This document shows, in pieces, positions 50,042 to 60,272 of a DNA stretch of 64,000 nt. The notes beneath the pieces were generated by a model, which had not been told where the DNA came from, made no database searches, and saw nothing but the letters and a program-made list of their open reading frames with translations. How positions within the stretch are numbered: the stretch's first letter is position 1; each line of letters starts with the position of its first letter. Source of the DNA: a bacterium (lineage in GTDB: Bacteria; Zhuqueibacterota; Zhuqueibacteria; Residuimicrobiales; Krinioviventaceae); assembly GCA_963693055.1 (NCBI GenBank), contig OY843751.1, forward strand, positions 4,032,001 to 4,096,000. The letters are read 5' to 3'. A program made the translations under genes and the position numbers.

Positions 50042-53000
50042 GTGAATAAAATAAAAAATGTATGTCTGTTACTTATTTTAAGCTTTTCAGTAGTAATATC
50101 TCAAGACCTTCAAATTCAATGGGCAAAGACATATGATTATGAATCTGGTATTTACATGAACATTGATTTTGCACATGATGGAGGATTTGTTTTCACAACA
50201 TATGACGATAAAACTATTGTCAAGATTGACAAGCATGGTATTGTTCAGGAAGACTGGCCGCTGGATATTGGAAAAATTCCCATCTATGGTTATCTACAAA
50301 AGTGCAATGAAGGATATATATTAATAAGCACTGTTCGTCATGAAGGCAAATTAAAGGCATTACTGAAAAAACTTGACAATCAGGGTCGTCTGGAATGGGA
50401 AAAATACTATTACGAAGATGATCATGGTGAAGTTAGTGTCTGGAACTCGGGTGAATTTGTTAAACAAACACAAGACGAGGGTTACATTCTTTTTTGTACT
50501 TCAAACAATAATGCTGATCCATCCGGTTCCCGCTTGAGCTTTTGGTTTATTAAAACAGACCCCTATGGAGAAATCGAGTGGGAAAGTGGGGCCTGTGGTG
50601 ATTTTTATGGATCAAATACATCTATAGATGTACATCAATTATCTGACGGTGGTTATATTTTCGCATATAACAACGATGATGGCGGCTTGACCCGGCTATC
50701 ACCAGACGGTCAGGATATCTGGGAAAAAAGATATGACCAATATATAAAATACGTTTTACCAGCAGATAATGGTGGTTTCTTTATTGGCGGTAATTATTAT
50801 TTATCAGATGCTAATACACAAGGTACCGTCTATTTAAAAAAGGTTGACGAAAATGGAGATGAAATTTGGATTAAGACTTTTCAAAATGACTCGAAAGCTT
50901 TATATACAAAAAACATGATACTGTTGGATGACAATAGCTGTCTGTTGTGTGGAAGCGGTGCTGAACCAGGTTCGTATACATCAAATGGTTGGATAATCAA
51001 AGCTGACAGTTTAGGTAATAAAATCTGGGAAAAAAATTTCCCAGAAATTAATAACATAAATCAAGTTTTAAAAGTATCCGAAAATGAATTTCTAGTATTC
51101 GGTGAAAAAGATGATCGGGTAACCATAATAAAACTACAAAAAAACGACCCCAACGATCCCACAAAACTTGAATTATTGGATCCGGTAAACCATAAATTAG
51201 GGGTAGGCAATCAACTCTGTCTGGACTGGACCAGCGTGGCCAATGCTTCATCATATCTCGTTGAATTAGATGATGACAGTGACATGTCAAGCCCCCTCAT
51301 TTCAAAAACAGTTTCAAACAGTTCAAGTTGTATTATAAGCGACCTTGCATACTCCACGCAGTATTATTGGAGAGTCAGGGCCCAATTCCCGGAAGGCCCG
51401 GGTAACTGGTATGGTATTAACACATTTACAACCATGCTCCCTCCACACATGGAATTTAGTGAACAGGAAGGTTACTACTTGTCATATGTAGATGTTGGTG
51501 ATCAATATTATACAGACAGAGATTACACAATAACAGAACTGCCAGATCAATTTAAAAATTGTATATGGATCAAAACCCTGGATAGTGAAAAATATTTAAC
51601 AGATGACAATTACATTCAATTTCAGTTAAAAAGAGACGCAACCGTCTATATTGCCTATGACAACCGGGCAAGCTCTGTTCCCCAGTGGTTGTCATCCAGG
51701 TTTGAACAAACCGAATACACCATACAGAATTCTGATGAAGAAAGTAATTTCACTGTCTGGAAAGGCCAATTCACAGCAGGTGATGTCACATTAGGAGCCA
51801 ATTCAGCAAGCGGCGCAGAGGGTGTACTCGCCAATTATGTTGCATTCATAGATATCCCACTTCAAATGCTTGATCCCAGGGACAACAAATCCGGAGTGGG
51901 AAAAGATTTAAGCTTTAGCTGGGAAGCGATAGGAAATTTCGAAAATTACGATCTGCAAATCAGCGAGAATCAGGACATGTCAAGTCCCTTATCTTATATT
52001 ACCAACATAAAGTATACCCGCTATATTTTAAGAGATCTGGATTATAATAAAGACTATTACTGGAGGATCAAAGCTCACAATTGCAACGATGAAAATTCAT
52101 GGTACCAGACACAAAAGTTCCATACTATGGATGAACCTATAGTTAAATTGAGTGAATATGAATATTATATATTATCCTGGCTCGAAGAAAATGATCAATA
52201 TTATATTAACCAAAATGATGTAATTCTTTCCATTCCAGACCAGTTAAAAGGTTTACTGTGGGTCAAAACTGCAAATAATGATTTAGCCTTGGAATATGAT
52301 TCATTTTATATTCACCCGGAGAAAGAAGTAACTATTTATGTCGGTTTTGATTCAAGGGCCACCTCACTTCCAAACTGGGTAACAGACGACTTTAAAAACA
52401 CGGGGTTAACCATAACTGTTTCTGATTCAGCAAATGAATTAAATATATGGACCAGAAATTTAAACAAAAGCATATTTTCCTTTGGCGAATGCTGGGCAGA
52501 AGGCGCTGAAAACATTAAAAGCCAGTATGTCGTTTTAATAGACACCAACCAGGTACAACCTCTTTCAGCAAATTTCGGTTCAGATGTAACATCAGGAGTA
52601 TTCCCGTTGACTGTTAACTTTTCAGACAGTTCTCAAGGCCTTATCACATCATGGTTATGGGATTTTGGTGATGGCGCAACCTCCACTGAAAAGAATCCCT
52701 CCCACACCTATGAAAACTCGGGAAACTATTCGGTGAGGTTAACAGTACACACACCCGACAGCTCTGACACGATTATAAAAGAAAATTACATTACAGTTAA
52801 AAATGTGATAGCAAATTTCAGTGCAGATGTGACTATGGGAAAAGCACCGCTAACCGTGAGTTTTACAGACAATTCACTGGGTGAAATTGACGCATGGTTA
52901 TGGAAATTTGGAGACGGACTCACAAGCACAGAGCAAAATCCAACGCACGTGTACACATCCGGCGACTCGTTCACAGTGTCGCTTTTTGTGCGCGGCCCCA

Positions 53001-53344
53001 ATGGATCAAATACTATGGTCAAATCGAATTATATTATAGTGGATTACTCAACATCCATAGACGACATGGCAGGTATACCGGAAAAATTTGCGTTACTGCC
53101 CAATTACCCCAATCCATTCAATCCGCAAACTACAATCCGGTTTGCGGTACCGAAAAAATCATTTGTAAACTTGACAGTATATGACATAAACGGAAAACGG
53201 GTAAACAATTTGTTCTCCGGAACTAAAAATCCGGGATATTTTTCACTCACATGGGATGCAACAGGATTTCCATCCGGTATGTATTTCATCAAGATGGATA
53301 CGGATGCCTACTCGTCTGTTAAAAAATGCATGCTAATTAAATAA
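50042..53344 (+). CDS. Array paralog 3
   Basis: Same architecture; signal peptide identical to paralog 2. Confidence 0.9.
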   Translation: MNKIKNVCLLLILSFSVVISQDLQIQWAKTYDYESGIYMNIDFAHDGGFVFTTYDDKTIVKIDKHGIVQEDWPLDIGKIPIYGYLQKCNEGYILISTVRHEGKLKALLKKLDNQGRLEWEKYYYEDDHGEVSVWNSGEFVKQTQDEGYILFCTSNNNADPSGSRLSFWFIKTDPYGEIEWESGACGDFYGSNTSIDVHQLSDGGYIFAYNNDDGGLTRLSPDGQDIWEKRYDQYIKYVLPADNGGFFIGGNYYLSDANTQGTVYLKKVDENGDEIWIKTFQNDSKALYTKNMILLDDNSCLLCGSGAEPGSYTSNGWIIKADSLGNKIWEKNFPEINNINQVLKVSENEFLVFGEKDDRVTIIKLQKNDPNDPTKLELLDPVNHKLGVGNQLCLDWTSVANASSYLVELDDDSDMSSPLISKTVSNSSSCIISDLAYSTQYYWRVRAQFPEGPGNWYGINTFTTMLPPHMEFSEQEGYYLSYVDVGDQYYTDRDYTITELPDQFKNCIWIKTLDSEKYLTDDNYIQFQLKRDATVYIAYDNRASSVPQWLSSRFEQTEYTIQNSDEESNFTVWKGQFTAGDVTLGANSASGAEGVLANYVAFIDIPLQMLDPRDNKSGVGKDLSFSWEAIGNFENYDLQISENQDMSSPLSYITNIKYTRYILRDLDYNKDYYWRIKAHNCNDENSWYQTQKFHTMDEPIVKLSEYEYYILSWLEENDQYYINQNDVILSIPDQLKGLLWVKTANNDLALEYDSFYIHPEKEVTIYVGFDSRATSLPNWVTDDFKNTGLTITVSDSANELNIWTRNLNKSIFSFGECWAEGAENIKSQYVVLIDTNQVQPLSANFGSDVTSGVFPLTVNFSDSSQGLITSWLWDFGDGATSTEKNPSHTYENSGNYSVRLTVHTPDSSDTIIKENYITVKNVIANFSADVTMGKAPLTVSFTDNSLGEIDAWLWKFGDGLTSTEQNPTHVYTSGDSFTVSLFVRGPNGSNTMVKSNYIIVDYSTSIDDMAGIPEKFALLPNYPNPFNPQTTIRFAVPKKSFVNLTVYDINGKRVNNLFSGTKNPGYFSLTWDATGFPSGMYFIKMDTDAYSSVKKCMLIK

Positions 53345-53360
53345 ATATTAGGGGAAAACC

Positions 53361-56300
53361 GTGAACACAATAAAAAATATATGCTTGTTCCTTATCTTGA
53401 GCTTTACAGCAGTATTATCTCAAGACTTGCAAATTCAATGGTCAAAAACATATGATTATAAAGAGGGTAATTGCATTGACTTTACTCATGATGGAGGATT
53501 TATTTTTACACTCTTTTATAATTATTATAAGGGGGAAATTATAAAAATAGATGACCAAGGCGCTGTACAAGATGTTTGGCTCTCTGATCCTGCTTTTGAA
53601 GACCAGGAGTATTACCATGTACAAAAATGCAATGAAGGCTATATAGCAACCGGCTTTATAGAGCTGGATGATTCAAATAAAATGATGGCAATATTAAAAA
53701 AACTTGACAATCAGGGCCGACAGGAATGGGAAAAATTCTTTTATCATGATGATGTTTCGGAAAATGACTATACCGGTGGCTATAATGTTGACGACTATGG
53801 CATATTGGTCAAACAAACACGTGATAAAGGTTACATTCTCTTATGTGAAGAAATAGAAGATGATGGCAAATGGGGTATCGACAAAGACTTTTGGTTAATA
53901 AAAACAGACCCATATGGGGAAAAAGAGTGGGATTATAGGATTTGGGCTGATTACAGTTTTGTCGATGCTGCCCGAGCAATACATCAAACATCTGATGATG
54001 GTTATATTATCGCTTATAACGACATTGATGACGAATTTGGCCATCTGCTCCGGTTTACTGCAGACGGCCGGAAAATCTGGGAAAAAGAATATAAAGAGTA
54101 TATAAGATACGCTTTACCAACAGAGGATGGTGGTAACATTATATGCGGTAGCAGTTTTTTAAAAAAAGTAGACCAACATGGAGATGAAATATGGGAAAAG
54201 ACTATACAATATGAATCATTAAAACCTTATGTAAATAACATGACAAAATTGGATGACAATAGTTATTTATTTTGTGGGGTGGATTGGGATTCAGACACGC
54301 AATCACGAAAAGGCTGCATAATCAAAACGGACAACCTGGGTAATAAAATTTGGGGAAAAACATTTACTGAATTTGATGATTTAAAACAAGCTTTACAAAT
54401 CTCTAACAATGAATTTATTTTATTCGGTGATAAAAAAGAATATGTAACGATAGTAAAAATCAAGGTAAACGCCCAGCAAGATCCCACAACATTTGAATTA
54501 TTGGATCCTGTAAATAATAAATTGGGAGTTGGAACTCAACTTGATCTGGATTGGACCAGCGTCTCTAATGTTTCCTCATACTTTCTTGAATTAGATGATG
54601 AAAGAGACATGTCAAGCCCCCTCATTTCAAAAATAATAACAAACAGTTCAAATTATATCATTAATGATTTGTCTGATTCAACACAATATTACTGGAAAGT
54701 CAGGGCCCAATTCCCGGATGGATCAGGTTATTGGACAGAGACCGGCACCTTTAAAACAATGCCTCCTCCACATATCGAATTTAATGGACCTGATGGTTAC
54801 AATCTATCCTATGTGGATGTTGGCGATCAATATTATACAGACAGAGATTATACCATAACCGGGCTGCCGAATCAATTTAACAATTGTCTATGGATCAAAA
54901 CCCAAAACAGCGATAAATTTAATACATATGACGATTTTATTCAATTTTATTTAGAAACTGATGCAACCGTCTATATCGCCTATGACAATCGGGCAAGTGC
55001 TGTTCCCCATTGGTTGTCATCCAGTTTTGAGCAAACTGAATACACTATTGAGAATTCTGATGAAGAAAGTAATTTTAATGTCTGGAAAGGCCGGTTCCCG
55101 GCAGGTGATGTAACATTAGGAGCCAATTCGGCAAGCGGAGCAGAGGGTGTGCAAACAAATTATGTTGTACTTTTAGATATGCCGCTGCAAGGGCTCGATC
55201 CCAGGGACAACAAAACAGGTGTTGGGAATGATGTGATCTTGAGCTGGGAGACACTGGGCAATTTCGGGGCATATGATCTACAACTCGGTGAAGATCAGGA
55301 CATGTCAAATCCCTTATATAATAATACCAACATAAAGCGTACCAGGAATAGTATAAGAGACTTGGATTATAATAAAGACTATTACTGGAGAGTCAAAGCT
55401 CACAATCGTGACGATGAGGATGCCTGGTCCCAAACGCAAAAGTTTCATACAATGGATGAACCGCCAGTTGAAATAATTATAAGCTGGTATAATCCTGTAT
55501 TTGCCTGGCTTGAAGAAAATGATAAATACTATATTGACCGGAATGATGTGGTTCTTTCCATCCCGGATCAATTAAAGAATTTACTCTGGATAAAAACAGA
55601 TAATGATGATGCTCAAAACACTTTTAATTATTATCGTCTGCGTCTTCGATTTGAAAAAGAAGCAACCCTCTATGTGGGTTTTGATTCAAGGGCCACATCC
55701 CTACCAAACTGGGTAACAGACTATTTTAGTAATACCGGCTTGACCATAACTGTTTCTGATGCAGCAGATGAATTAAATATTTGGGCCAGAAATGTTGATG
55801 CAGGCGAAATCAAAATGGGGGCAAACATGGCTGAAGGCGCTGAAAACATCAAGAGTCATTACGTCGTCTTAATAGACACAAACCAGACACCACTCCTATC
55901 AGCTGATTTCGGTTCAGATGTAACATCGGGTTTGCTGCCTTTGACTGTAAATTTCTCAGACAGTTCACAAGGTATTGTTAATATAACAAACTGGGCATGG
56001 GATTTTGGTGACGGTGCAACCTCTTCGGAACAGAATCCCTCCCACACCTATGAAAATACGGGAAATTATTCGGTGAGTTTAACAGTACACGGACCGGACA
56101 GCTCTGATACAATCATAAAAGAAAATTATATTACCGTAAAAAATGTAATAGCAAATTTCGGTGCAAATGTGACCATGGGACAAGCTCCACTAACCGTAAG
56201 TTTCACCGACAGCTCACAGGGAGAAATTGACGCATGGCTGTGGAAATTTGGAGACGGACTCACAAGTACAGCGCAAAATCCTACACACGTGTACACATAT

Positions 56301-56684
56301 GGCGACTCATTCACCGTATCGCTTTTTGTACGTAATCCAGGTGGATCAAATACAATGGTCAAAACGAATTATATTATTGTAGACCATCCCACTTCCATAG
56401 ACGACATGGCCGGCATACCGGAAAAATTCGATTTACTGCCCAATTATCCCAATCCATTTAATCCGCAAACCACAATCCGCTTTGCGGTACCGAAAAGATC
56501 ATTTGTAAAATTAACTATATATGATATCAACGGAAAACAGGTAAGCAATTTGTTCTCCGGAATCAAAAACCCGGGGAATTATGCTATAACCTGGAATGCC
56601 TCAAGCCTTCCATCCGGTATGTACTTTATCAAAATGGATACGGAAACCTACGCGTCAGTTAGAAAATGTATTTTAGTAAAATAA
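53361..56684 (+). CDS. Array paralog 4
   Basis: Same architecture. Confidence 0.9.
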   Translation: MNTIKNICLFLILSFTAVLSQDLQIQWSKTYDYKEGNCIDFTHDGGFIFTLFYNYYKGEIIKIDDQGAVQDVWLSDPAFEDQEYYHVQKCNEGYIATGFIELDDSNKMMAILKKLDNQGRQEWEKFFYHDDVSENDYTGGYNVDDYGILVKQTRDKGYILLCEEIEDDGKWGIDKDFWLIKTDPYGEKEWDYRIWADYSFVDAARAIHQTSDDGYIIAYNDIDDEFGHLLRFTADGRKIWEKEYKEYIRYALPTEDGGNIICGSSFLKKVDQHGDEIWEKTIQYESLKPYVNNMTKLDDNSYLFCGVDWDSDTQSRKGCIIKTDNLGNKIWGKTFTEFDDLKQALQISNNEFILFGDKKEYVTIVKIKVNAQQDPTTFELLDPVNNKLGVGTQLDLDWTSVSNVSSYFLELDDERDMSSPLISKIITNSSNYIINDLSDSTQYYWKVRAQFPDGSGYWTETGTFKTMPPPHIEFNGPDGYNLSYVDVGDQYYTDRDYTITGLPNQFNNCLWIKTQNSDKFNTYDDFIQFYLETDATVYIAYDNRASAVPHWLSSSFEQTEYTIENSDEESNFNVWKGRFPAGDVTLGANSASGAEGVQTNYVVLLDMPLQGLDPRDNKTGVGNDVILSWETLGNFGAYDLQLGEDQDMSNPLYNNTNIKRTRNSIRDLDYNKDYYWRVKAHNRDDEDAWSQTQKFHTMDEPPVEIIISWYNPVFAWLEENDKYYIDRNDVVLSIPDQLKNLLWIKTDNDDAQNTFNYYRLRLRFEKEATLYVGFDSRATSLPNWVTDYFSNTGLTITVSDAADELNIWARNVDAGEIKMGANMAEGAENIKSHYVVLIDTNQTPLLSADFGSDVTSGLLPLTVNFSDSSQGIVNITNWAWDFGDGATSSEQNPSHTYENTGNYSVSLTVHGPDSSDTIIKENYITVKNVIANFGANVTMGQAPLTVSFTDSSQGEIDAWLWKFGDGLTSTAQNPTHVYTYGDSFTVSLFVRNPGGSNTMVKTNYIIVDHPTSIDDMAGIPEKFDLLPNYPNPFNPQTTIRFAVPKRSFVKLTIYDINGKQVSNLFSGIKNPGNYAITWNASSLPSGMYFIKMDTETYASVRKCILVK

Positions 56685-56700
56685 ATTTTAGGGGAAAACT

Positions 56701-59700
56701 GTGAATTCAATAAAAAACATATTCTTGGTTATCTTGTCAATTATTTCAATAACACTTTCTCAAGACCTTCAAATTCAATGGTCAAAAACATATGATTATA
56801 AATCCGGACATAACATTGATTTTGCGCATGATGGAGGATTTATTTTCACAGCAACTGGTAAAATATTCAAGATTGATGGACAAGGCACTATTCAAGAAGG
56901 CTGGCCACTGGATCCAGTACCTGATAATCAAGCCATAAGGTATCTCCAAAAGTGTAATGAAGGTTATATAATAACTGGTAGTGCTAAGCTGGAGGACGGA
57001 TATGATGACAGGGTATTGCTGAGAAAGCTTGACACCCAGGGTCGGCAAGTATGGGAAAAAATTCCTTACAGTGATTATGCTGATTCTCGTGGTGAATTTG
57101 TCAAACAAACACATGACAATGGTTACATTCTTTATTACACTATGGAAGATCTATCTGTTCCACCAGGTAACGACAACACAGACTATTGGATAAAGAAAAC
57201 TGACCCAAATGGAGAAGAAGAATGGGATTATAGAATTAATAATGAAATCGGAGGCCAAAATGCAATACATCAAACATCAGATGGTGGTTATTTACTAGCC
57301 TATAGCTACTATGAAAATTGGGTTAGCTTACCTGGTAAATTGGTCCGGTTATCACCAGCCGGCCGGGAAATCTGGGAAAAAAGGTATGATCAGTATATAA
57401 ATTTCGCGTTACCAACAGATGATGGTGGGTATTTTATTTGGGGCCGCATTTATTCAAAGGATAATCCTATATATGATACAGTTTGTTTAAAAAAGGTAAA
57501 CCAAATTGGAGATGAAATTTGGGAAAAGACCTTTCAAGGTGATATGGAATATGCCTGGTTAAGTAACATGATAAAATTGGACGATAATGGCTACCTGATA
57601 AGCGGTAACAAGTATGAAAAATATCAAGAAAAATATGGCTGGTTAATCAAAACGGACAATTTTGGTAATAAAATATGGGAAAAAACTTTTACCGAAATTG
57701 ATGTCATAAAACAAATTTTAATCATCTCACCAAACGAATATATCTTGTTTGGTAACAAGGGCGATTATGTAACGATTCTAAAAATCAAAGAAAACTATCC
57801 GGAAGACCCCACTAAACTTGAATTATTAGATCCTGTAAACTATAAATTGGGGGTTGGAACCCAAGTTTGCCTGGATTGGACCAGCATCGTCAATGCTTCA
57901 TCATACCTCCTTGAAATAGATGATGATAGTGACATGTCAAGTCCCCTTGTCTCCAAAACTATTTCAAATGAATCAAACTGTATTGTAGATGGATTATCCG
58001 ATTCAACACAATATTACTGGAGAGTCAGGGCCCAATTAACAGAAGGTCCTGGAAACTGGTCTAATATTAGAACATTTACAACAATGCTTCCTCCACACAT
58101 AGAGTTTATCGAACCAGAAGGGTACAACATGTCCTATGTGGATACTGGCGATCAATATTACACGGACAGAGAGTATACAATAACAGGACTGCCGGAAACA
58201 TTGAAAAATTGTCTGTGGATGAAAACCTCAAATAGAGAAAAATATTTAACAGATGAAAATTACGTTCAATTTCAGTTAAAAAGAGACGCAACCATCTTTA
58301 TTGCCTATGATAACCGGGCCAGCGCCGTTCCCTATTGGTTATCATCCGGGTTTGAACAAACCGAATACACCATTCAGAATTCTGATGTAGAAAGTGATTT
58401 TAATGTCTGGAAGGGGCAATTCTCAGCAGGGGATGTAACTTTGGGGGCCAATCTGGCAACCGGAGCCGAAGGTGTGCAAACAAACTATGCTGTATTAATA
58501 GATATACCGTTACAAATGCTTGATCCCAGAGATAATAAAACAGGTATTGGTAACAATGTTATCTTTAGCTGGGAAGCAATAGGTAATTTTGAGAATTATG
58601 ATTTACAAATCAGTGATAATCAGGACATGTCAAATCCCTTTTATAATATTACCGACATAGAAGACACCAGTCACAAAATAAGAAATTTAGACTATAATAA
58701 AGACTATTACTGGAGAATCAAAGCACACAATCGTGACGATGAGGATGCCTGGTACCGGACGCAAAAATTCCATACAATGGATGATCCCCATATTCGTATA
58801 TGGGGTAGTCGATGGAGTTATGTATTATCCTGGCTTGAAGAAAATGAACAATACTATGTTGATCGTAATCATGTAATTCTTTCTATCCCTGATCCATTAA
58901 AAAATTTACTATGGATTAAAACAAATAATGATGATGCAAATCTGGATACAGAAATAAATTTTGATTATGGTCGTCCTCTGGCAATTAAATTAGAAAATAA
59001 AGCAACCATTTATGTGGGTTTTGATTCAAGGGCTACATCCCTGCCAAACTGGGTAACAGACTATTATAAAAATACCGGATTGACCATATCAGTTTCTGAC
59101 AAAGCAAAAGAATTAAATATATGGACCAGAAAGGTTTACAAAGGTGAAACTGTCCTGGGCTCGAATATGGCAAAAGGCGCTGAAAACATAAAAAGTCAGT
59201 ATATCGTTTTACTGGATTTATACCCCCTGTTGGCTAAATTCGATTCAGATGTAACAAAAGGAGTGCTACCTTTGACCGTAAATTTCTCAGACAGTTCTCA
59301 GGGTAATATTAAAAACAGGGCATGGGATTTTGGTGATGGAACAACATCAACATTGCGGAATCCTTCCCACACCTATGAAAACGCGGGCAGCTATACAGTC
59401 AGCTTGACAGTGAGCGGTCCAGACACTTCTGCTACAATAACAAAAAAAGATTATATAGCAGTATACAAAACTGCAATTATTGCTAATTTCGGGTCAGATA
59501 TATCATCAGGGGTGCTGCCATTAACTGTCAGTTTTTCTGACAGCTCTCAGGGTGATATAACCACCTGGGCATGGGATTTTGGTGATGGGTCAACCTCTAC
59601 AGAAAAAAATCCCTCCCACACCTATGAAAACGCAGGCAGCTACACTGTTAGTTTAACAGTAAGTGGACTGGGTGGTTCTGATACCATAACAAAAGAAAAT

Positions 59701-60258
59701 TATATTACCGTAAAAAATGTGATAGCAAATTTCAGTGCGGATGTGACTATGGGAAAAGCACCGCTAACCGTAAGTTTCACCGACAGCTCACAGGGTGAAA
59801 TCGACGCATGGTTATGGAAATTTGGAGACGGACTTGCAAGTACAGCGCAAAATCCTACTCACGTGTACACATCTGGTGACTCGTTCACCGTATCGCTTTT
59901 TGTGCGCGGTCCCGGTGGATCACATACAATGGTCAAATCGAATTATATAATAGTTGACCATCAAACATCCATTGACGACATGGCCTGTATACCGGACAAA
60001 TTCGATTTACTGCCCAATTACCCCAATCCATTCAATCCGCAAACCACAATCCGGTTTGCAGTACCAAAAAAATCATTTGTAAATATTACAATATTTGATA
60101 TAAACGGAAAGCTGGTCCAGAACTTATTTTCCGGCACCAAAAATCCGGGACATTATGCCATCACATGGAACGCCGCAGGCTTTTCATCCGGCATGTATTT
60201 CATCAAAATGGATACGGATACCTACTCGTCTGTCAGAAAATGTATATTGGTTAAATAA
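56701..60258 (+). CDS. Array paralog 5 (three PKD domains)
   Basis: Same architecture with one extra WDFGDG PKD repeat. Confidence 0.9.
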   Translation: MNSIKNIFLVILSIISITLSQDLQIQWSKTYDYKSGHNIDFAHDGGFIFTATGKIFKIDGQGTIQEGWPLDPVPDNQAIRYLQKCNEGYIITGSAKLEDGYDDRVLLRKLDTQGRQVWEKIPYSDYADSRGEFVKQTHDNGYILYYTMEDLSVPPGNDNTDYWIKKTDPNGEEEWDYRINNEIGGQNAIHQTSDGGYLLAYSYYENWVSLPGKLVRLSPAGREIWEKRYDQYINFALPTDDGGYFIWGRIYSKDNPIYDTVCLKKVNQIGDEIWEKTFQGDMEYAWLSNMIKLDDNGYLISGNKYEKYQEKYGWLIKTDNFGNKIWEKTFTEIDVIKQILIISPNEYILFGNKGDYVTILKIKENYPEDPTKLELLDPVNYKLGVGTQVCLDWTSIVNASSYLLEIDDDSDMSSPLVSKTISNESNCIVDGLSDSTQYYWRVRAQLTEGPGNWSNIRTFTTMLPPHIEFIEPEGYNMSYVDTGDQYYTDREYTITGLPETLKNCLWMKTSNREKYLTDENYVQFQLKRDATIFIAYDNRASAVPYWLSSGFEQTEYTIQNSDVESDFNVWKGQFSAGDVTLGANLATGAEGVQTNYAVLIDIPLQMLDPRDNKTGIGNNVIFSWEAIGNFENYDLQISDNQDMSNPFYNITDIEDTSHKIRNLDYNKDYYWRIKAHNRDDEDAWYRTQKFHTMDDPHIRIWGSRWSYVLSWLEENEQYYVDRNHVILSIPDPLKNLLWIKTNNDDANLDTEINFDYGRPLAIKLENKATIYVGFDSRATSLPNWVTDYYKNTGLTISVSDKAKELNIWTRKVYKGETVLGSNMAKGAENIKSQYIVLLDLYPLLAKFDSDVTKGVLPLTVNFSDSSQGNIKNRAWDFGDGTTSTLRNPSHTYENAGSYTVSLTVSGPDTSATITKKDYIAVYKTAIIANFGSDISSGVLPLTVSFSDSSQGDITTWAWDFGDGSTSTEKNPSHTYENAGSYTVSLTVSGLGGSDTITKENYITVKNVIANFSADVTMGKAPLTVSFTDSSQGEIDAWLWKFGDGLASTAQNPTHVYTSGDSFTVSLFVRGPGGSHTMVKSNYIIVDHQTSIDDMACIPDKFDLLPNYPNPFNPQTTIRFAVPKKSFVNITIFDINGKLVQNLFSGTKNPGHYAITWNAAGFSSGMYFIKMDTDTYSSVRKCILVK

Positions 60259-60272
60259 TATTAGGGGAAACC

